From Candidatus Hydrogenedentota bacterium (GTDB lineage: Bacteria > Hydrogenedentota > Hydrogenedentia > Hydrogenedentales > SLHB01), in assembly GCA_029974275.1 (NCBI GenBank), contig JARKSN010000246.1, positions 1-59,907 of the forward strand: a stretch of 59,907 nt of DNA, in the 5' to 3' direction. A model generated the notes under the pieces. The model saw only the letters and a program-made list of their open reading frames with translations. It was not told where the DNA came from and did no database searches. The position numbers were made by a program, and so were the translations under genes. Positions 27,832-37,997 of this stretch are shown piece by piece (position 1 is the first letter of the stretch; every line of letters begins with the position of its first letter).

Positions 27832-30669
27832 TCATCTCAGGGCGTCCGCCAGCAACTCCGCGATGTGCAATGGCCTGGCCTCCGTCAAGTGCGTGATCTG
27901 ATGCCGGCAACTCGTGCCGCATGCCACGACGCAGGCCTCATCGTCAAGCGCCTCGATCTGCTCGACAAGCGGCTGCGCCACTTTGACGGACACGTCATAT
28001 TTTTCTTTCGACGCGCCAAAGGAGCCCGCCATGCCGCAACAGCCGGTGTTCATCATGCGCACAGCGCCGCCCGGGATGCGCTGCGCCAAACGCGTCTGCA
28101 CGCCGGCGTCGGTAAGCGCCTTGGCGTGGCAATGCGCGTGAATGGCAATCGTGCGCGGCATCTCGCGAAACGCAAGCGCCTCGGGGTCTTCTTGCAGAAG
28201 GTCCCAGATGAATTGCTCGAACAACATGCATTGTTTTGCGACTTCTTCAGCGCCTGCGATGCCGAGTTCACGGTAGTCCTCCGCAAACATCGCGTAACAC
28301 GAAGGCTCGAGAAACAGGATCGGCCACGTGATGTCCAGCGACTGGATCAGCCGAATATTGTGTTCGCCCAGCTTTCGCGCACGGTCGAGATGCCCCACGC
28401 TAAAAGAGGGACGGCCGCAACATTTGCGGCCTGCAATAAGATGAACGCGATAGCCCGCCGCTTCCAATACAGCGACCGCCGCCTGGCCGACGTTCGGCTC
28501 GTGATACCGCACAAAAGTGTCATCCCACAGAAAAACATCCCCTCGACGGCCAGATTTTGGCGCGCGGGCACGAAACCACCTATCGAAACGCGTGTGCGCA
28601 TACGGCGGCAACGGTCGCTTGAATGCAATGCCGAGCACGCGCTCCATGATCCGGCGCACCCATGTCCAACGAAGCGACGCATTTGCAACGCCAGGCGCAA
28701 GCGTGCCCAGCGCGCCCATAATATCCACCACGCTGACGACGCGTTCGCGCAGCGGAAGACCATACTTCCGATTGCGCGCGTTCAATAGCTCAGCCTTCAA
28801 CAGCGTCATGTTGACATTCGAAGGACACTCCGAAGTGCACGCCTTGCATGCCAGACAATAGGCGATGGCCTTGTCGATCGCCGGAGACTTCAGAGGATCG
28901 ATCGCATCCTGCAAACGACCATCGAGCACGGCGCGGATTGCATTGGCGCGGCCTCGCGTCGACATGATTTCCTCGCCCGTTGCGATAAATGTCGGGCACA
29001 TCGTCGGCGCATCCTTCCGGCATCCGCCGCAGCCATTGCACTGCTCGAGATTGCCCACGAACGATCCATCCTTCGCCGTAAAATGCAGCACGGGATCAAA
29101 CGGCTCCGGTATCGCATAGCCCGCCCCCCAGCGCAGATTCGACCCCGTCTCGAAAGTCCCGTCGGGAATCATCTTGCCGGGATTCATCACGCCACGCGGA
29201 TCAAAAAGCGCCTTGACTCGCTTCATCGCATCGAGCAGTTCCTCGCCGAGGTGCTCGCGCAGGAACGGGGTCTGCGCGATGCCGACGCCGTGTTCCGCCG
29301 AAATGGACCCCTTGAATTCGCGAACAAGCGCCGAGACTTCCTGCGTGACTTCACGGAATGTTTGCACGCCCTCGGCCTTGTGCAGATCGATGACCGGACG
29401 GATATGCAACAGGCCCGAAGCCGCGTGGCCGTATAGCGACGCGCGCAGACCGTGCTTGCTCATGATCGATTGCAGGCCCCGTACATAGTCAGGCAACCGC
29501 TCGGGACGCACGGCGGTGTCTTCGATGCCGACAATCGGCTTGCCCGAACCGCGCACACCCATCAACAGCGCCACGCCTGCTTTACGCATGGCCCACACCA
29601 TCTCCTGCTCGCGCGGATCGAGAAGGGTCTGCTGCCGAATGCCAATGCGGCGTTGGGTCAACGCGGCGAGTTGGTCGTCGACATCGTCCCAAAACTCGAC
29701 GATGAGAGCAGCCTCCGTCGTTTGCGCGTCGAGTTCCAGCAACGAACGAACCGGCGCGAACGCAAGCTGCCCGCGCGTCTGATCGAGCAACATACGATCG
29801 ACATGTTCGATGGCCGCCGGTTCAAGATCGAGAAGATCGACCGTCGCTTGCATCGCGTCGATCACCGACGCAAAAAAAAGCACGGCCAACCCCTTTCGCT
29901 TCGGGATGGGAACGAGTTCAAGTTCCGCCGACGTGATGGCGACAAGGGTGCCCTCGCTGCCGCTGAGAAGCGTCGTCAGATCGCCTGGCCGACGAAGCCA
30001 TTCGCCAAAGCCATAACCCGGCCACCGCTTGCGCAGACCATCCGGAAAACGCTCGCGGACCGCAGCCTCATGACGACCAATCTCCTCCGCAACAGCCCGA
30101 TTGAGACTGGGAAGCGTCGACGCGTCGCGACGCACCGTCTCGATGCGGCCATCCGCAAAAACCGCCTCAACGGAACGGATATGATCGCCCGTCAATCCAT
30201 ACTTCGGCGCGCGCGCCCCCGACGAATTGTTCGCGATCATCCCGCCAAGAGTCGCGCGTGAACTCGTCGCCACGTCCGGACCATACCACAAGCCATGCTG
30301 GCGCGCGTGCGCATTGAGTTGATCGAGCACGACGCCCGCCCCCGCACGCACCGTCCGTTGCTCCACGTCAATCGGCCCCAACTGGCGATTGTACTTGGAG
30401 AAATCAACGACAAGCCCGCTCCCAATGGCGCCGCCGGCAAGCCCCGTGCCCGAACCGCGCGGAACGATGGAAACGCCTGCCTCGCTGGCGGCGCCCAACA
30501 AGCGCGCGGTTTCTTGGGCAGACTTCGGAAAGGCCACGCCCAGGGGAACTATCTGATAAATAGATGCGTCCGTCGCATACAACTGACGGGAAAGATCATC
30601 GAAGCGGATTTCGCACCCCGACGAATCGAGAAGGAGGCGCTGCTTGGATTCGTGCATCAAAAACCTCAC
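27832..30669 (-). CDS. FAD-linked oxidase fused to 4Fe-4S and CCG domains (GlcD/GlcF-like, YdiJ-type)
   Basis: YATDASIY, PRGSGTGLAG, GGMIANNSSG, SAEHGVG, NPGK, CNGCGGC, CLACKACTSECP, CCGRP and CCGMAGSFG. Start could be ATG 30657. Confidence 0.9.
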   Translation of the reverse strand: MRFLMHESKQRLLLDSSGCEIRFDDLSRQLYATDASIYQIVPLGVAFPKSAQETARLLGAASEAGVSIVPRGSGTGLAGGAIGSGLVVDFSKYNRQLGPIDVEQRTVRAGAGVVLDQLNAHARQHGLWYGPDVATSSRATLGGMIANNSSGARAPKYGLTGDHIRSVEAVFADGRIETVRRDASTLPSLNRAVAEEIGRHEAAVRERFPDGLRKRWPGYGFGEWLRRPGDLTTLLSGSEGTLVAITSAELELVPIPKRKGLAVLFFASVIDAMQATVDLLDLEPAAIEHVDRMLLDQTRGQLAFAPVRSLLELDAQTTEAALIVEFWDDVDDQLAALTQRRIGIRQQTLLDPREQEMVWAMRKAGVALLMGVRGSGKPIVGIEDTAVRPERLPDYVRGLQSIMSKHGLRASLYGHAASGLLHIRPVIDLHKAEGVQTFREVTQEVSALVREFKGSISAEHGVGIAQTPFLREHLGEELLDAMKRVKALFDPRGVMNPGKMIPDGTFETGSNLRWGAGYAIPEPFDPVLHFTAKDGSFVGNLEQCNGCGGCRKDAPTMCPTFIATGEEIMSTRGRANAIRAVLDGRLQDAIDPLKSPAIDKAIAYCLACKACTSECPSNVNMTLLKAELLNARNRKYGLPLRERVVSVVDIMGALGTLAPGVANASLRWTWVRRIMERVLGIAFKRPLPPYAHTRFDRWFRARAPKSGRRGDVFLWDDTFVRYHEPNVGQAAVAVLEAAGYRVHLIAGRKCCGRPSFSVGHLDRARKLGEHNIRLIQSLDITWPILFLEPSCYAMFAEDYRELGIAGAEEVAKQCMLFEQFIWDLLQEDPEALAFREMPRTIAIHAHCHAKALTDAGVQTRLAQRIPGGAVRMMNTGCCGMAGSFGASKEKYDVSVKVAQPLVEQIEALDDEACVVACGTSCRHQITHLTEARPLHIAELLADALR

Positions 30670-30843
30670 CGCGGATCACGGCATGCCCCGCGCGAAACGC
30701 ACGCCGCCCTTCGCATACGTGTCAACGACTGCAAACGGCCTACGGCTGCGGCCCGAACAGGCCCGCGCCGACCCGCGGCTCCGCGCCGCGCGCGTTGGCA
30801 TCATACCGATCCGCTTGGAGACGTCGCAACAGGCCGCGGCGCG

Positions 30844-30872
30844 TTGACTTTGCGCCGTCGCAACGTTATCAT
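30844..30872 (+). promoter_or_regulatory. sigma70-type promoter upstream of GH4-purC-purF
   Basis: TTGACT-17 nt-TATCAT. Confidence 0.55.
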
Positions 30873-31050
30873 CTCGCCATGCGCGCCGCCTTTTGCCTGA
30901 TCCGGCAGCAACGCGGCGCAAGGCGCTGGGCGCGGTTTTGAGAAAAACCCGCCGCAACAAACCACCCCCCAGTATCGTGCGCCGAAAATTCTGAAGGCCG
31001 CCAAGGGCCAAAAGAATTTGAATTCCGTGGGGGGCGAGGACCTCGCACGC

Positions 31051-32349
31051 ATGAAACTGGCCGTGATAGGCGCTGGCAGTTCGTATACGCCCGAACTCAT
31101 CGATGGCCTTTTTGCGCGCCTTGACGCCATTCCAATCTCCGAAATCTGGATGATGGACCCTGACGCGGATCGGCTTGCCGTCACGTCGGGCTTGGCCCAG
31201 CGCATGAACCGCCGACACGGCAATCCGTTTTCGCTGCACGCCACCCACGACCTGCGCGAAGCCATTCGCGACGCCAAATACGTCGTCACGCAACTGCGCG
31301 CCGGGGGAATGCAGGCGCGCATCGCCGACGAAAAACTCGGCATCCGCCACGGCATCATCGGCCAGGAAACCACGGGCGTCGGCGGCTTTGCCTGCGCGCT
31401 GCGCACTATCCCCGCAGTGCTCGACATCGCCCGAATTATGGAGCAATTCGCCCCGGCGGGCGTCCTCGTCAACTTCACGAACCCCTCCGGCATCATCACG
31501 GAAGCCCTCATCCGCCATAGCGCCATCACGGCGGTAGGTCTTTGCAACATCCCCATCGGCTACGTGATGGACTTCGTAAAACATTTTGACTGCAACATCG
31601 ATGACATCGTCCTCGACTATGTCGGCCTCAACCACCTTTCGTGGATTCGTGGCGTCCAGATCAAAGGGAAAGACGCCACCCAAAAGGCGATCGACGCCTT
31701 TCTGGCCAACATCGACGAAGAGTGGACGAACCCGGCCATCCGCGACCACATGCGCATCGCCATCGAACAGACCGGGGCAATTTGCAACGGCTACCTTCAA
31801 TACTTTTATGCAACGGACGCAGCCCTAGCCCGCCAGCGCTCGCAGAACAAGACGCGCGGAGAAGAAGTCCTCGAGCTCGAACAGGCGTTGTTCGAAAAAT
31901 ACCGGTCCGAAACACTCGACAAAAAGCCCGAAGAACTTTCAAAACGCGGCGGGGCCCACTATTCAACCGCAGCCTTCAATCTGATTGACGCCATCGAGAA
32001 CGACCGCAACAACCGCCAAGTGGTCTGTTGCCGGAACGGCGGGGCCATTCCCTCCTTCGAAGCCGACGCCTCGATCGAAGCGACGGCCCGCATCGGCAAG
32101 GGCGGAGCGACGGCGCTGCCGCAAACGCTGCCGCCGCCAGAGATTCACGGGTTGATGCACTTGATGAAGGCCTACGAAACCTTGACCGTGCAAGCGGCCG
32201 TCAGCGGAGACCGGCGAGCCGCCTTCCATGCCATGCTTCTGCATCCGCTGATGCCCGGCGCAACCCAATGCGCCCACCTGTTGCAAGAACTCCTCGATAT
32301 CAACAAACCTTATCTAAATCCGGACTTTTTCAGGCGGAAACCCCAATAA
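31051..32349 (+). CDS. GH4 family 6-phospho-beta-glucosidase
   Basis: MKLAVIGAGSSYTPEL, GQETTGVGG, NFTNPSG, GLCNIP, GLNHL and KRGGAHYS. Confidence 0.92.
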   Translation: MKLAVIGAGSSYTPELIDGLFARLDAIPISEIWMMDPDADRLAVTSGLAQRMNRRHGNPFSLHATHDLREAIRDAKYVVTQLRAGGMQARIADEKLGIRHGIIGQETTGVGGFACALRTIPAVLDIARIMEQFAPAGVLVNFTNPSGIITEALIRHSAITAVGLCNIPIGYVMDFVKHFDCNIDDIVLDYVGLNHLSWIRGVQIKGKDATQKAIDAFLANIDEEWTNPAIRDHMRIAIEQTGAICNGYLQYFYATDAALARQRSQNKTRGEEVLELEQALFEKYRSETLDKKPEELSKRGGAHYSTAAFNLIDAIENDRNNRQVVCCRNGGAIPSFEADASIEATARIGKGGATALPQTLPPPEIHGLMHLMKAYETLTVQAAVSGDRRAAFHAMLLHPLMPGATQCAHLLQELLDINKPYLNPDFFRRKPQ

Positions 32350-32372
32350 AACAAGAGGAGCAGCGAGTCGCC

Positions 32373-33266
32373 ATGGAAACCAAAGCGCTATGTGAAACGC
32401 ACCTGCCCGCTCGAACCCCCATTGCCCGAGGAAAAGTGCGCGACATCTACGACCTCGGGGACCAGCTCGTGATTGTAGCCACCGATCGCATTTCCGCCTT
32501 CGACTGGGTCAACCCCGTCGGCATTCCCGACAAAGGGAAAATTCTCACCCAAATGTCCCTGTTCTGGTTCGAACAAACTGCCGACATCGTGCCGAATCAC
32601 CTGATTTCCGCCGATTTGAAAGACTTCCCGGAAGACTTCCAAGCCGATGCGGACCAGTTCGAGAGAAGGAGCATGCTCGTTCACAAATGCGCCATTTTCC
32701 CCATCGAATGCGTGGTTCGCGGCTACATGGCAGGAAGCGGTTGGAAAGAGTACCAAAAACATGGTACGATCTGCCGTATTCCATTGCCCGCAGGACTCGT
32801 GGAAGCAAGCAAATTGCCGGAACCTATCTTCACGCCTTCGACCAAAGCCACCGAAGGGCACGACCTGAACATCAGCCCGGACGAGGCGGCTGACATCATC
32901 GGACAAGAGTGGGCCGGCAAACTGGCGGAGACGGCCTTGAAGCTCTACAAACGAGCGCACGACGTCGCGGCGACGCGCGGCATCCTCCTATGCGACACAA
33001 AATTCGAATTCGGCGACTTCCACGGCTCGCTCATGCTCGCCGACGAGGTGCTCACGCCGGATTCATCGCGCTTCTGGCCCGCAAACGAATACGCCCCAGG
33101 CAGAGCGCAGGCAAGCTACGACAAACAATTCGTGCGCGATTACCTGGAAACGACGGACTGGGACAAAAACTCCCCCCAACCGCCGTTGCCGACGGACGTC
33201 GTGGCTCGAACGCGTGAAAAATACGTGGAAGCCTACCAGAAACTCACGGGAAGGACGGACTTTTAG
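32373..33266 (+). CDS. purC: SAICAR synthetase
   Basis: RGKVRDIY, ATDRISAFD, ECVVRGY, DTKFEFG, DEVLTPDSSRFW and DKQFVRDYL. Confidence 0.96.
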   Translation: METKALCETHLPARTPIARGKVRDIYDLGDQLVIVATDRISAFDWVNPVGIPDKGKILTQMSLFWFEQTADIVPNHLISADLKDFPEDFQADADQFERRSMLVHKCAIFPIECVVRGYMAGSGWKEYQKHGTICRIPLPAGLVEASKLPEPIFTPSTKATEGHDLNISPDEAADIIGQEWAGKLAETALKLYKRAHDVAATRGILLCDTKFEFGDFHGSLMLADEVLTPDSSRFWPANEYAPGRAQASYDKQFVRDYLETTDWDKNSPQPPLPTDVVARTREKYVEAYQKLTGRTDF

Positions 33267-33267
33267 C

Positions 33268-34815
33268 ATGCCGCACGACGCCGCGAAAACCTCGAAAGAA
33301 CTCTTGGCCCGCCTGATCGCCCCCGCGAAACGGGAAGTGTCAGACGACCGGCCCCGCGAAGAATGCGGCGTCTTCGGCATCCACGGCCACCCGGAAGCCG
33401 CAACCCTCACCTACCTGGGACTCTATGCCCTGCAACACCGCGGACAAGAGGGCGCGGGAATCGCCTGCTGCGACAAGGGCCAGTTGAACAGCTACCGCGG
33501 CGTCGGCCTCGTGGCCGACGTGTTCAAGCCCCACCGCTTGGCCCGCCTGCACGGCAACATGGCGATTGGCCACGTCCGCTACTCGACCTTCGGCACGAGC
33601 GTGCTCAAAAACGTGCAGCCCCTCATCGTCGACTACGCGCGCGGCTCCATGGCGGTGGCCCACAACGGCAACCTCGTCAATGCCGCCCAAATACGCGACG
33701 AACTCGAAGAAACCGGGGCGATCTTCCAATCCACCACCGACAGCGAAGTGATCATCCAGCTCATCGCGCGCTCCAAACAGAAGCGATTCGCCGACTGCAT
33801 CGTGGACGCCCTGAAACAAGTGGTCGGCGCCTATTCCATCGTAGCCACGAACGGCGACGACGTCGTAGCGGTCCGCGATCCGCTGGGATTCCGTCCCTTG
33901 TGGCTTGGCCGCCTAGGCGACGCACACGTCTTTGCCAGCGAAACCTGCGCGCTCGACATCATCGACGCCGAACGAGTGCGCGAACTCGAACCCGGCGAAG
34001 TCGTCGTCATCAATCAACACGGCGTGGAAGCCTTCAAGCCCTTCGCGCCCGCCAAGCCGCAGCCCTGCATCTTCGAATTCATCTACGTAGCGCGGCCCGA
34101 CAGCGTGATTTTCGGAAAAAGCGTCGATGACGTGCGCAAACAGCTTGGCCGGCATTTGGCCCGCCAGGCCCCCGTCGACGCCGACATCGTAATGGCCGTG
34201 CCCGATTCCTCCAATCAAGCCGCCTTGGGATACTCGCACGAATCCGGCATCCCGTTTGACATGGGCTTCATCCGCAACCACTACGTAGGCCGCACCTTCA
34301 TCGAACCCGACCAAACCATCCGCGACTTCGGCGTGAAGATCAAGCTGAACCCCGCCCGCAGCGCCATCGAGGACAAACGCATCGTCCTTATCGACGACAG
34401 CATCGTCCGAGGCACAACCGCCAAAAAAATCATCAAAATGCTGCGGCGATGCGGCGTGAAAGAAATCCACTTCCGAATCAGTTCGCCGCCGATCATCAAC
34501 TCCTGTCACTACGGCATCGACACCCCCCAACGAGAACGCCTAATCGCCTCGAACATGACCGTCGACCAGATTCGCGAACACCTCGGCGTCGACAGCCTCG
34601 TCTACCTGAGCATCGAGAACCTGGCGGCGGCGGCGGGATTGACCGCCGACCAATGCTGCCTCGCCTGCTTCAACAACCGCTATCCCACCCCCATCCCTTC
34701 CGAATTCGGCCCGGCGAAAAACAACCTCCGCCACCAAGACAGCAGCACCGATTTGCTCGACATGGGATTGGGCATGGGCATGGGATCAATCCCGAACGTA
34801 TGGTCCGGCCGTTGA
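33268..34815 (+). CDS. purF: Amidophosphoribosyltransferase (propeptide, 4Fe-4S type)
   Basis: REECGVFG, LQHRGQEGAG, GHVRYST, HNGNL, DDSIVRGTT and Fe-S cysteines (CIFE, CHYGID, CLAC). Alternative start GTG ~33337. Confidence 0.96.
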   Translation: MPHDAAKTSKELLARLIAPAKREVSDDRPREECGVFGIHGHPEAATLTYLGLYALQHRGQEGAGIACCDKGQLNSYRGVGLVADVFKPHRLARLHGNMAIGHVRYSTFGTSVLKNVQPLIVDYARGSMAVAHNGNLVNAAQIRDELEETGAIFQSTTDSEVIIQLIARSKQKRFADCIVDALKQVVGAYSIVATNGDDVVAVRDPLGFRPLWLGRLGDAHVFASETCALDIIDAERVRELEPGEVVVINQHGVEAFKPFAPAKPQPCIFEFIYVARPDSVIFGKSVDDVRKQLGRHLARQAPVDADIVMAVPDSSNQAALGYSHESGIPFDMGFIRNHYVGRTFIEPDQTIRDFGVKIKLNPARSAIEDKRIVLIDDSIVRGTTAKKIIKMLRRCGVKEIHFRISSPPIINSCHYGIDTPQRERLIASNMTVDQIREHLGVDSLVYLSIENLAAAAGLTADQCCLACFNNRYPTPIPSEFGPAKNNLRHQDSSTDLLDMGLGMGMGSIPNVWSGR

Positions 34816-34875
34816 CAAGACCGCGCGGGCGCAAACCACAACCAAGCCGCCGCGAAACGGACAAAGGAAACGATC

Positions 34876-35817
34876 GTGCCGGTTAGCACCTCGGTACATA
34901 TCAGCCACTGCATTGCGCAAATCATCTCCCTGAACCCGCGATCCATCCTGGACATCGGCTGCGGCTTCGGCCTGTGGGGCTTCCTGTGCCGCGAATACCT
35001 CGACGTCATGAACGAACGCGTCCAGCCGGACCAATGGCGCATCCGCATCGACGGCATCGAACTCTTCGAGCCGTACATCCAGGCCCATCAACGCGCACTG
35101 TACTCTTCCCTCCGCATCGGCGACATCCGAGACATCGCGCCGGAACTCGACGCCTACGACCTCATCATCGCGGGCGACGTCATCGAACACCTCGACAAGG
35201 ACGACGCCCTGCGCGTGCTGCAGCACCTGTATGACAAAGCGTCCGTCGCCCTCATGGTGAACATCCCCATCGGCCTGGGCTGGGACCACCCCGAACGACA
35301 TGGAAACCCCGGCGAATTGCACCGCAGCGTCTGGGACGCCGCCGACTTCGCGCAATACGCCCCCCAATCCGCCCTGTTCGATTTGCCCTGCGGAAAATAC
35401 GGAACTTTCCTCTGTCTCAAGGCCCAAAATCCTCTCGCCCGCGCAGAAAACTTATACAGCGCCGCCTTGGCCTGCGAGGCGCGCGGCGATCAAAACGCCG
35501 CCATCGAACATCTTCGCCAGGCCGCCGAACTCGACCCCGCACAAGAAGCCGTCATCGAAATACTGGCCGACCTATTGCTGCAACAAGGCGACTTGCCCGA
35601 AGCCGTGCGCGTGCTCGACGCCGCCGCGGCCGCCAACCCCGCCTTTCACTACGCCAAACTTGCCGCCGCTCAAATACTGATCGCCGCCTGCCGCTACTCG
35701 GCGGCCCGCGCACGCCTGGAAACGCTCCTCGCCGACGCAACCACTCCAGAGCCCTTTATGCGGCAAGCCGACGAGTTGCGGCAGCAAATACTGTCAAAAA
35801 CAAACTCCGCCCCGTGA
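34876..35817 (+). CDS. Class I SAM-dependent methyltransferase with C-terminal TPR repeats
   Basis: ILDIGCGFG and GDVIEHL, then helical TPR-like repeats. Confidence 0.8.
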   Translation: MPVSTSVHISHCIAQIISLNPRSILDIGCGFGLWGFLCREYLDVMNERVQPDQWRIRIDGIELFEPYIQAHQRALYSSLRIGDIRDIAPELDAYDLIIAGDVIEHLDKDDALRVLQHLYDKASVALMVNIPIGLGWDHPERHGNPGELHRSVWDAADFAQYAPQSALFDLPCGKYGTFLCLKAQNPLARAENLYSAALACEARGDQNAAIEHLRQAAELDPAQEAVIEILADLLLQQGDLPEAVRVLDAAAAANPAFHYAKLAAAQILIAACRYSAARARLETLLADATTPEPFMRQADELRQQILSKTNSAP

Positions 35818-35845
35818 AACCCCGAACCCGCACACGAGCAACCCC

Positions 35846-36967
35846 ATGATCCCTCCCCGCAAACCAACCGCCAAACCCCGGGCCCCGCGCAAACGCAAAC
35901 CAACGCCCCCACACATCCCTCCAACCGCAAACGACGCGCTCGCCCGCGACTACGAGTCCTTGCACCGCAGCTACCTCGCACTGCGTCGCGAAGTGGACCA
36001 ACTCAGCACTCTGCGCGAAATCGGCCTCGCCATCGCAGGCATTCTAGACTTGAACGAAGTCCTCGCAAGCATAGCCCGCGTCGTGCAAGGCGAATTGGAA
36101 GTGCGCCGCCTGACCCTCTACGAAGTTTCTCAAGACACGCAGACGCTACAACCCATCATCGCCCAATACGGCGACGACCTGATCCGGAAAAATCGACTCC
36201 AGGAAGAAAGCGCCTCGCTCCGCGGAACGACCCTCGGAACAGCGCTGCTGAACCGGAACGTAGTCATCGAGACAAACGCTTTCGGAAGCGTCGCCGACAT
36301 CCCCCTCGTGGCAAACAACGAACTGCTCGGCATGATGCGCTTGGAAGACCGGCGAGACGGACGCCCATTCTGCGACGACGACGCCGCGCTCTTCCGGCTG
36401 CTCGCGTCGCACATCGCCGTCGCCATCGCCAACGCGCGCCTGTACGCCCTCGCCGTAACCGACGGACTGACCGGACTCTATGTCCGCCGATATTTTGATC
36501 TGCGCATGGACGAAGAATTTCACCAAGCGCGACGCTACGGACGCGCCTTCTCCCTGCTCCTCTTCGACATCGACCATTTCAAGCGCATTAACGACGTCCA
36601 TGGACACCCAACCGGCGACGCCGCATTGCGCACATTCGCCGATCTGCTGCGCCGCAACACGCGTCGCGCCGACGTCTGCTGCCGCTACGGCGGCGAAGAA
36701 ATGGCCGTCATTCTCCCGGAAACGCGCCTCCAGGACGCCGTCCCGCTCGCAGAAAAACTCTGCGACGTCGTGCGAAAGCATCCTTTCCCCCGACAGGACG
36801 GCGCACATCTGCAACTCACCACGAGCATCGGCGTGGCAGAATACTGCTCCGCCTTCGAATCCGCGTCCGATGTCGTACGCGCCGCCGATCACGTTCTGTA
36901 CAAAGCCAAGGAAAGCGGACGGGACCGCGTGGGCGTCTGGAAAAACGCGGCCCCAACAGACAATTGA
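35846..36967 (+). CDS. GAF-GGDEF diguanylate cyclase
   Basis: GAF domain, TDGLTGL, DIDHFKRINDVHGH, RxxD I-site (RRAD) and RYGGEEM. Confidence 0.92.
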   Translation: MIPPRKPTAKPRAPRKRKPTPPHIPPTANDALARDYESLHRSYLALRREVDQLSTLREIGLAIAGILDLNEVLASIARVVQGELEVRRLTLYEVSQDTQTLQPIIAQYGDDLIRKNRLQEESASLRGTTLGTALLNRNVVIETNAFGSVADIPLVANNELLGMMRLEDRRDGRPFCDDDAALFRLLASHIAVAIANARLYALAVTDGLTGLYVRRYFDLRMDEEFHQARRYGRAFSLLLFDIDHFKRINDVHGHPTGDAALRTFADLLRRNTRRADVCCRYGGEEMAVILPETRLQDAVPLAEKLCDVVRKHPFPRQDGAHLQLTTSIGVAEYCSAFESASDVVRAADHVLYKAKESGRDRVGVWKNAAPTDN

Positions 36968-37029
36968 ACCCGCTCACGCCGGATGATATAATGCCCCCGC
37001 TTGACACAAGCGCAGGCAATGAGTATGCT
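36964..37029 (+). promoter_or_regulatory. Tandem sigma70 promoters for the tRNA pair
   Basis: P1: TTGAAC(36964)-17-TATAAT(36987) with extended TG. P2: TTGACA(37001)-17-TATGCT(37024). Confidence 0.75.
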
Positions 37030-37042
37030 CTTTCCTGCCGGT

Positions 37043-37118
<76 letters not shown>

Positions 37119-37126
37119 TCTTCTTT

Positions 37127-37202
37127 GCTGGAGTAGCTCAGTAGGTAGAGCGCATCACTCGTAATGATGAGGTCCGGGGTTCGATTCCCCGCTCCAGCTC
37201 CA
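37127..37202 (+). tRNA. tRNA-Thr (CGT)
   Basis: 76 nt; acceptor GCTGGAG/CTCCAGC, anticodon arm CATCA-CTCGTAA-TGATG, GGTTCGA T-loop, encoded CCA. Confidence 0.97.
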
Positions 37203-37262
37203 GGAAAAATCTTGCGCCGCCGCGGAGCGGCTGTGCGATAACGCGGACATGAAGAGTTCAGT

Positions 37263-37841
37263 ATGGAAACCAAGCAATCCTTCAGCACCTCGGAAGTAGC
37301 CAAGTACTGCCACGTTACGGCCGACACTATCCGCAAATGGGCGGAGGCCGGCCGCATCAAGGTATTCAAGACGCCGGGCGGTCACCGGCGCATCCGCCGC
37401 GAGGACCTCGTCAAGTTTCTCCGCGAAAACAGCATCCCCGTACACGGCGACCTAAGCAACACGGGCATGAAAATACTCGTCGTCGACAGCGAACGCCCTG
37501 TAATCACCATGGTGCGCCGGTTTCTCGAACGCGCCCCGTCCGCCTTTCTCATCGAAGCCGCCCACGACGCCTTCGACGCGGGATTCCAAGTCGCCACATT
37601 CCGTCCCGACATCCTCTTTCTCGACATGGGATTGCCCGGAATCGACAGCATGGAAATGTGCCGGCGCCTCAGGGAACTGCCAGAATTCGTCAATCTGCAA
37701 ATCATAGCGACCTTCGCGCAAGACCACGAAGATGCGACCTTGCGCGCCCTGGAAAACGGCGCGCGAGCCACCTTGCGGAAATCCTTCACCCCCGACGACC
37801 TGCGCCGGGCGCTGGCAAAAGTCGGCGTGGAAGTCATCTAA
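37263..37841 (+). CDS. Excisionase-like/MerR HTH (HTH_17) fused to a response-regulator receiver domain
   Basis: FSTSEVAKYCHV...TIRKW...KTPGGHRRI; receiver ILVVD, PDILFLD and LRKSF. Confidence 0.85.
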   Translation: METKQSFSTSEVAKYCHVTADTIRKWAEAGRIKVFKTPGGHRRIRREDLVKFLRENSIPVHGDLSNTGMKILVVDSERPVITMVRRFLERAPSAFLIEAAHDAFDAGFQVATFRPDILFLDMGLPGIDSMEMCRRLRELPEFVNLQIIATFAQDHEDATLRALENGARATLRKSFTPDDLRRALAKVGVEVI

Positions 37842-37886
37842 GGGCTTCGTGAACGCCTCCCCAAGGCAAAAAGAAAGGCGACAGAA

Positions 37887-37970
37887 ATGGGCTCTTTTCT
37901 TCAGATACTGCTGATCCCGATCTACCTCTTGTTGCTGATCCTGGGGCCGCTGTTCGGTCTGTACTACTGA
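37887..37970 (+). CDS. Putative 27-aa single-TM small protein
   Basis: AGAAAGG RBS, then MGSFLQILLIPIYLLLLILGPLFGLYY*; below the ORF-track cutoff. Confidence 0.55.
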   Translation: MGSFLQILLIPIYLLLLILGPLFGLYY

Positions 37971-37997
37971 TCCAAGCCTCCAATCGACGCCACGTCC

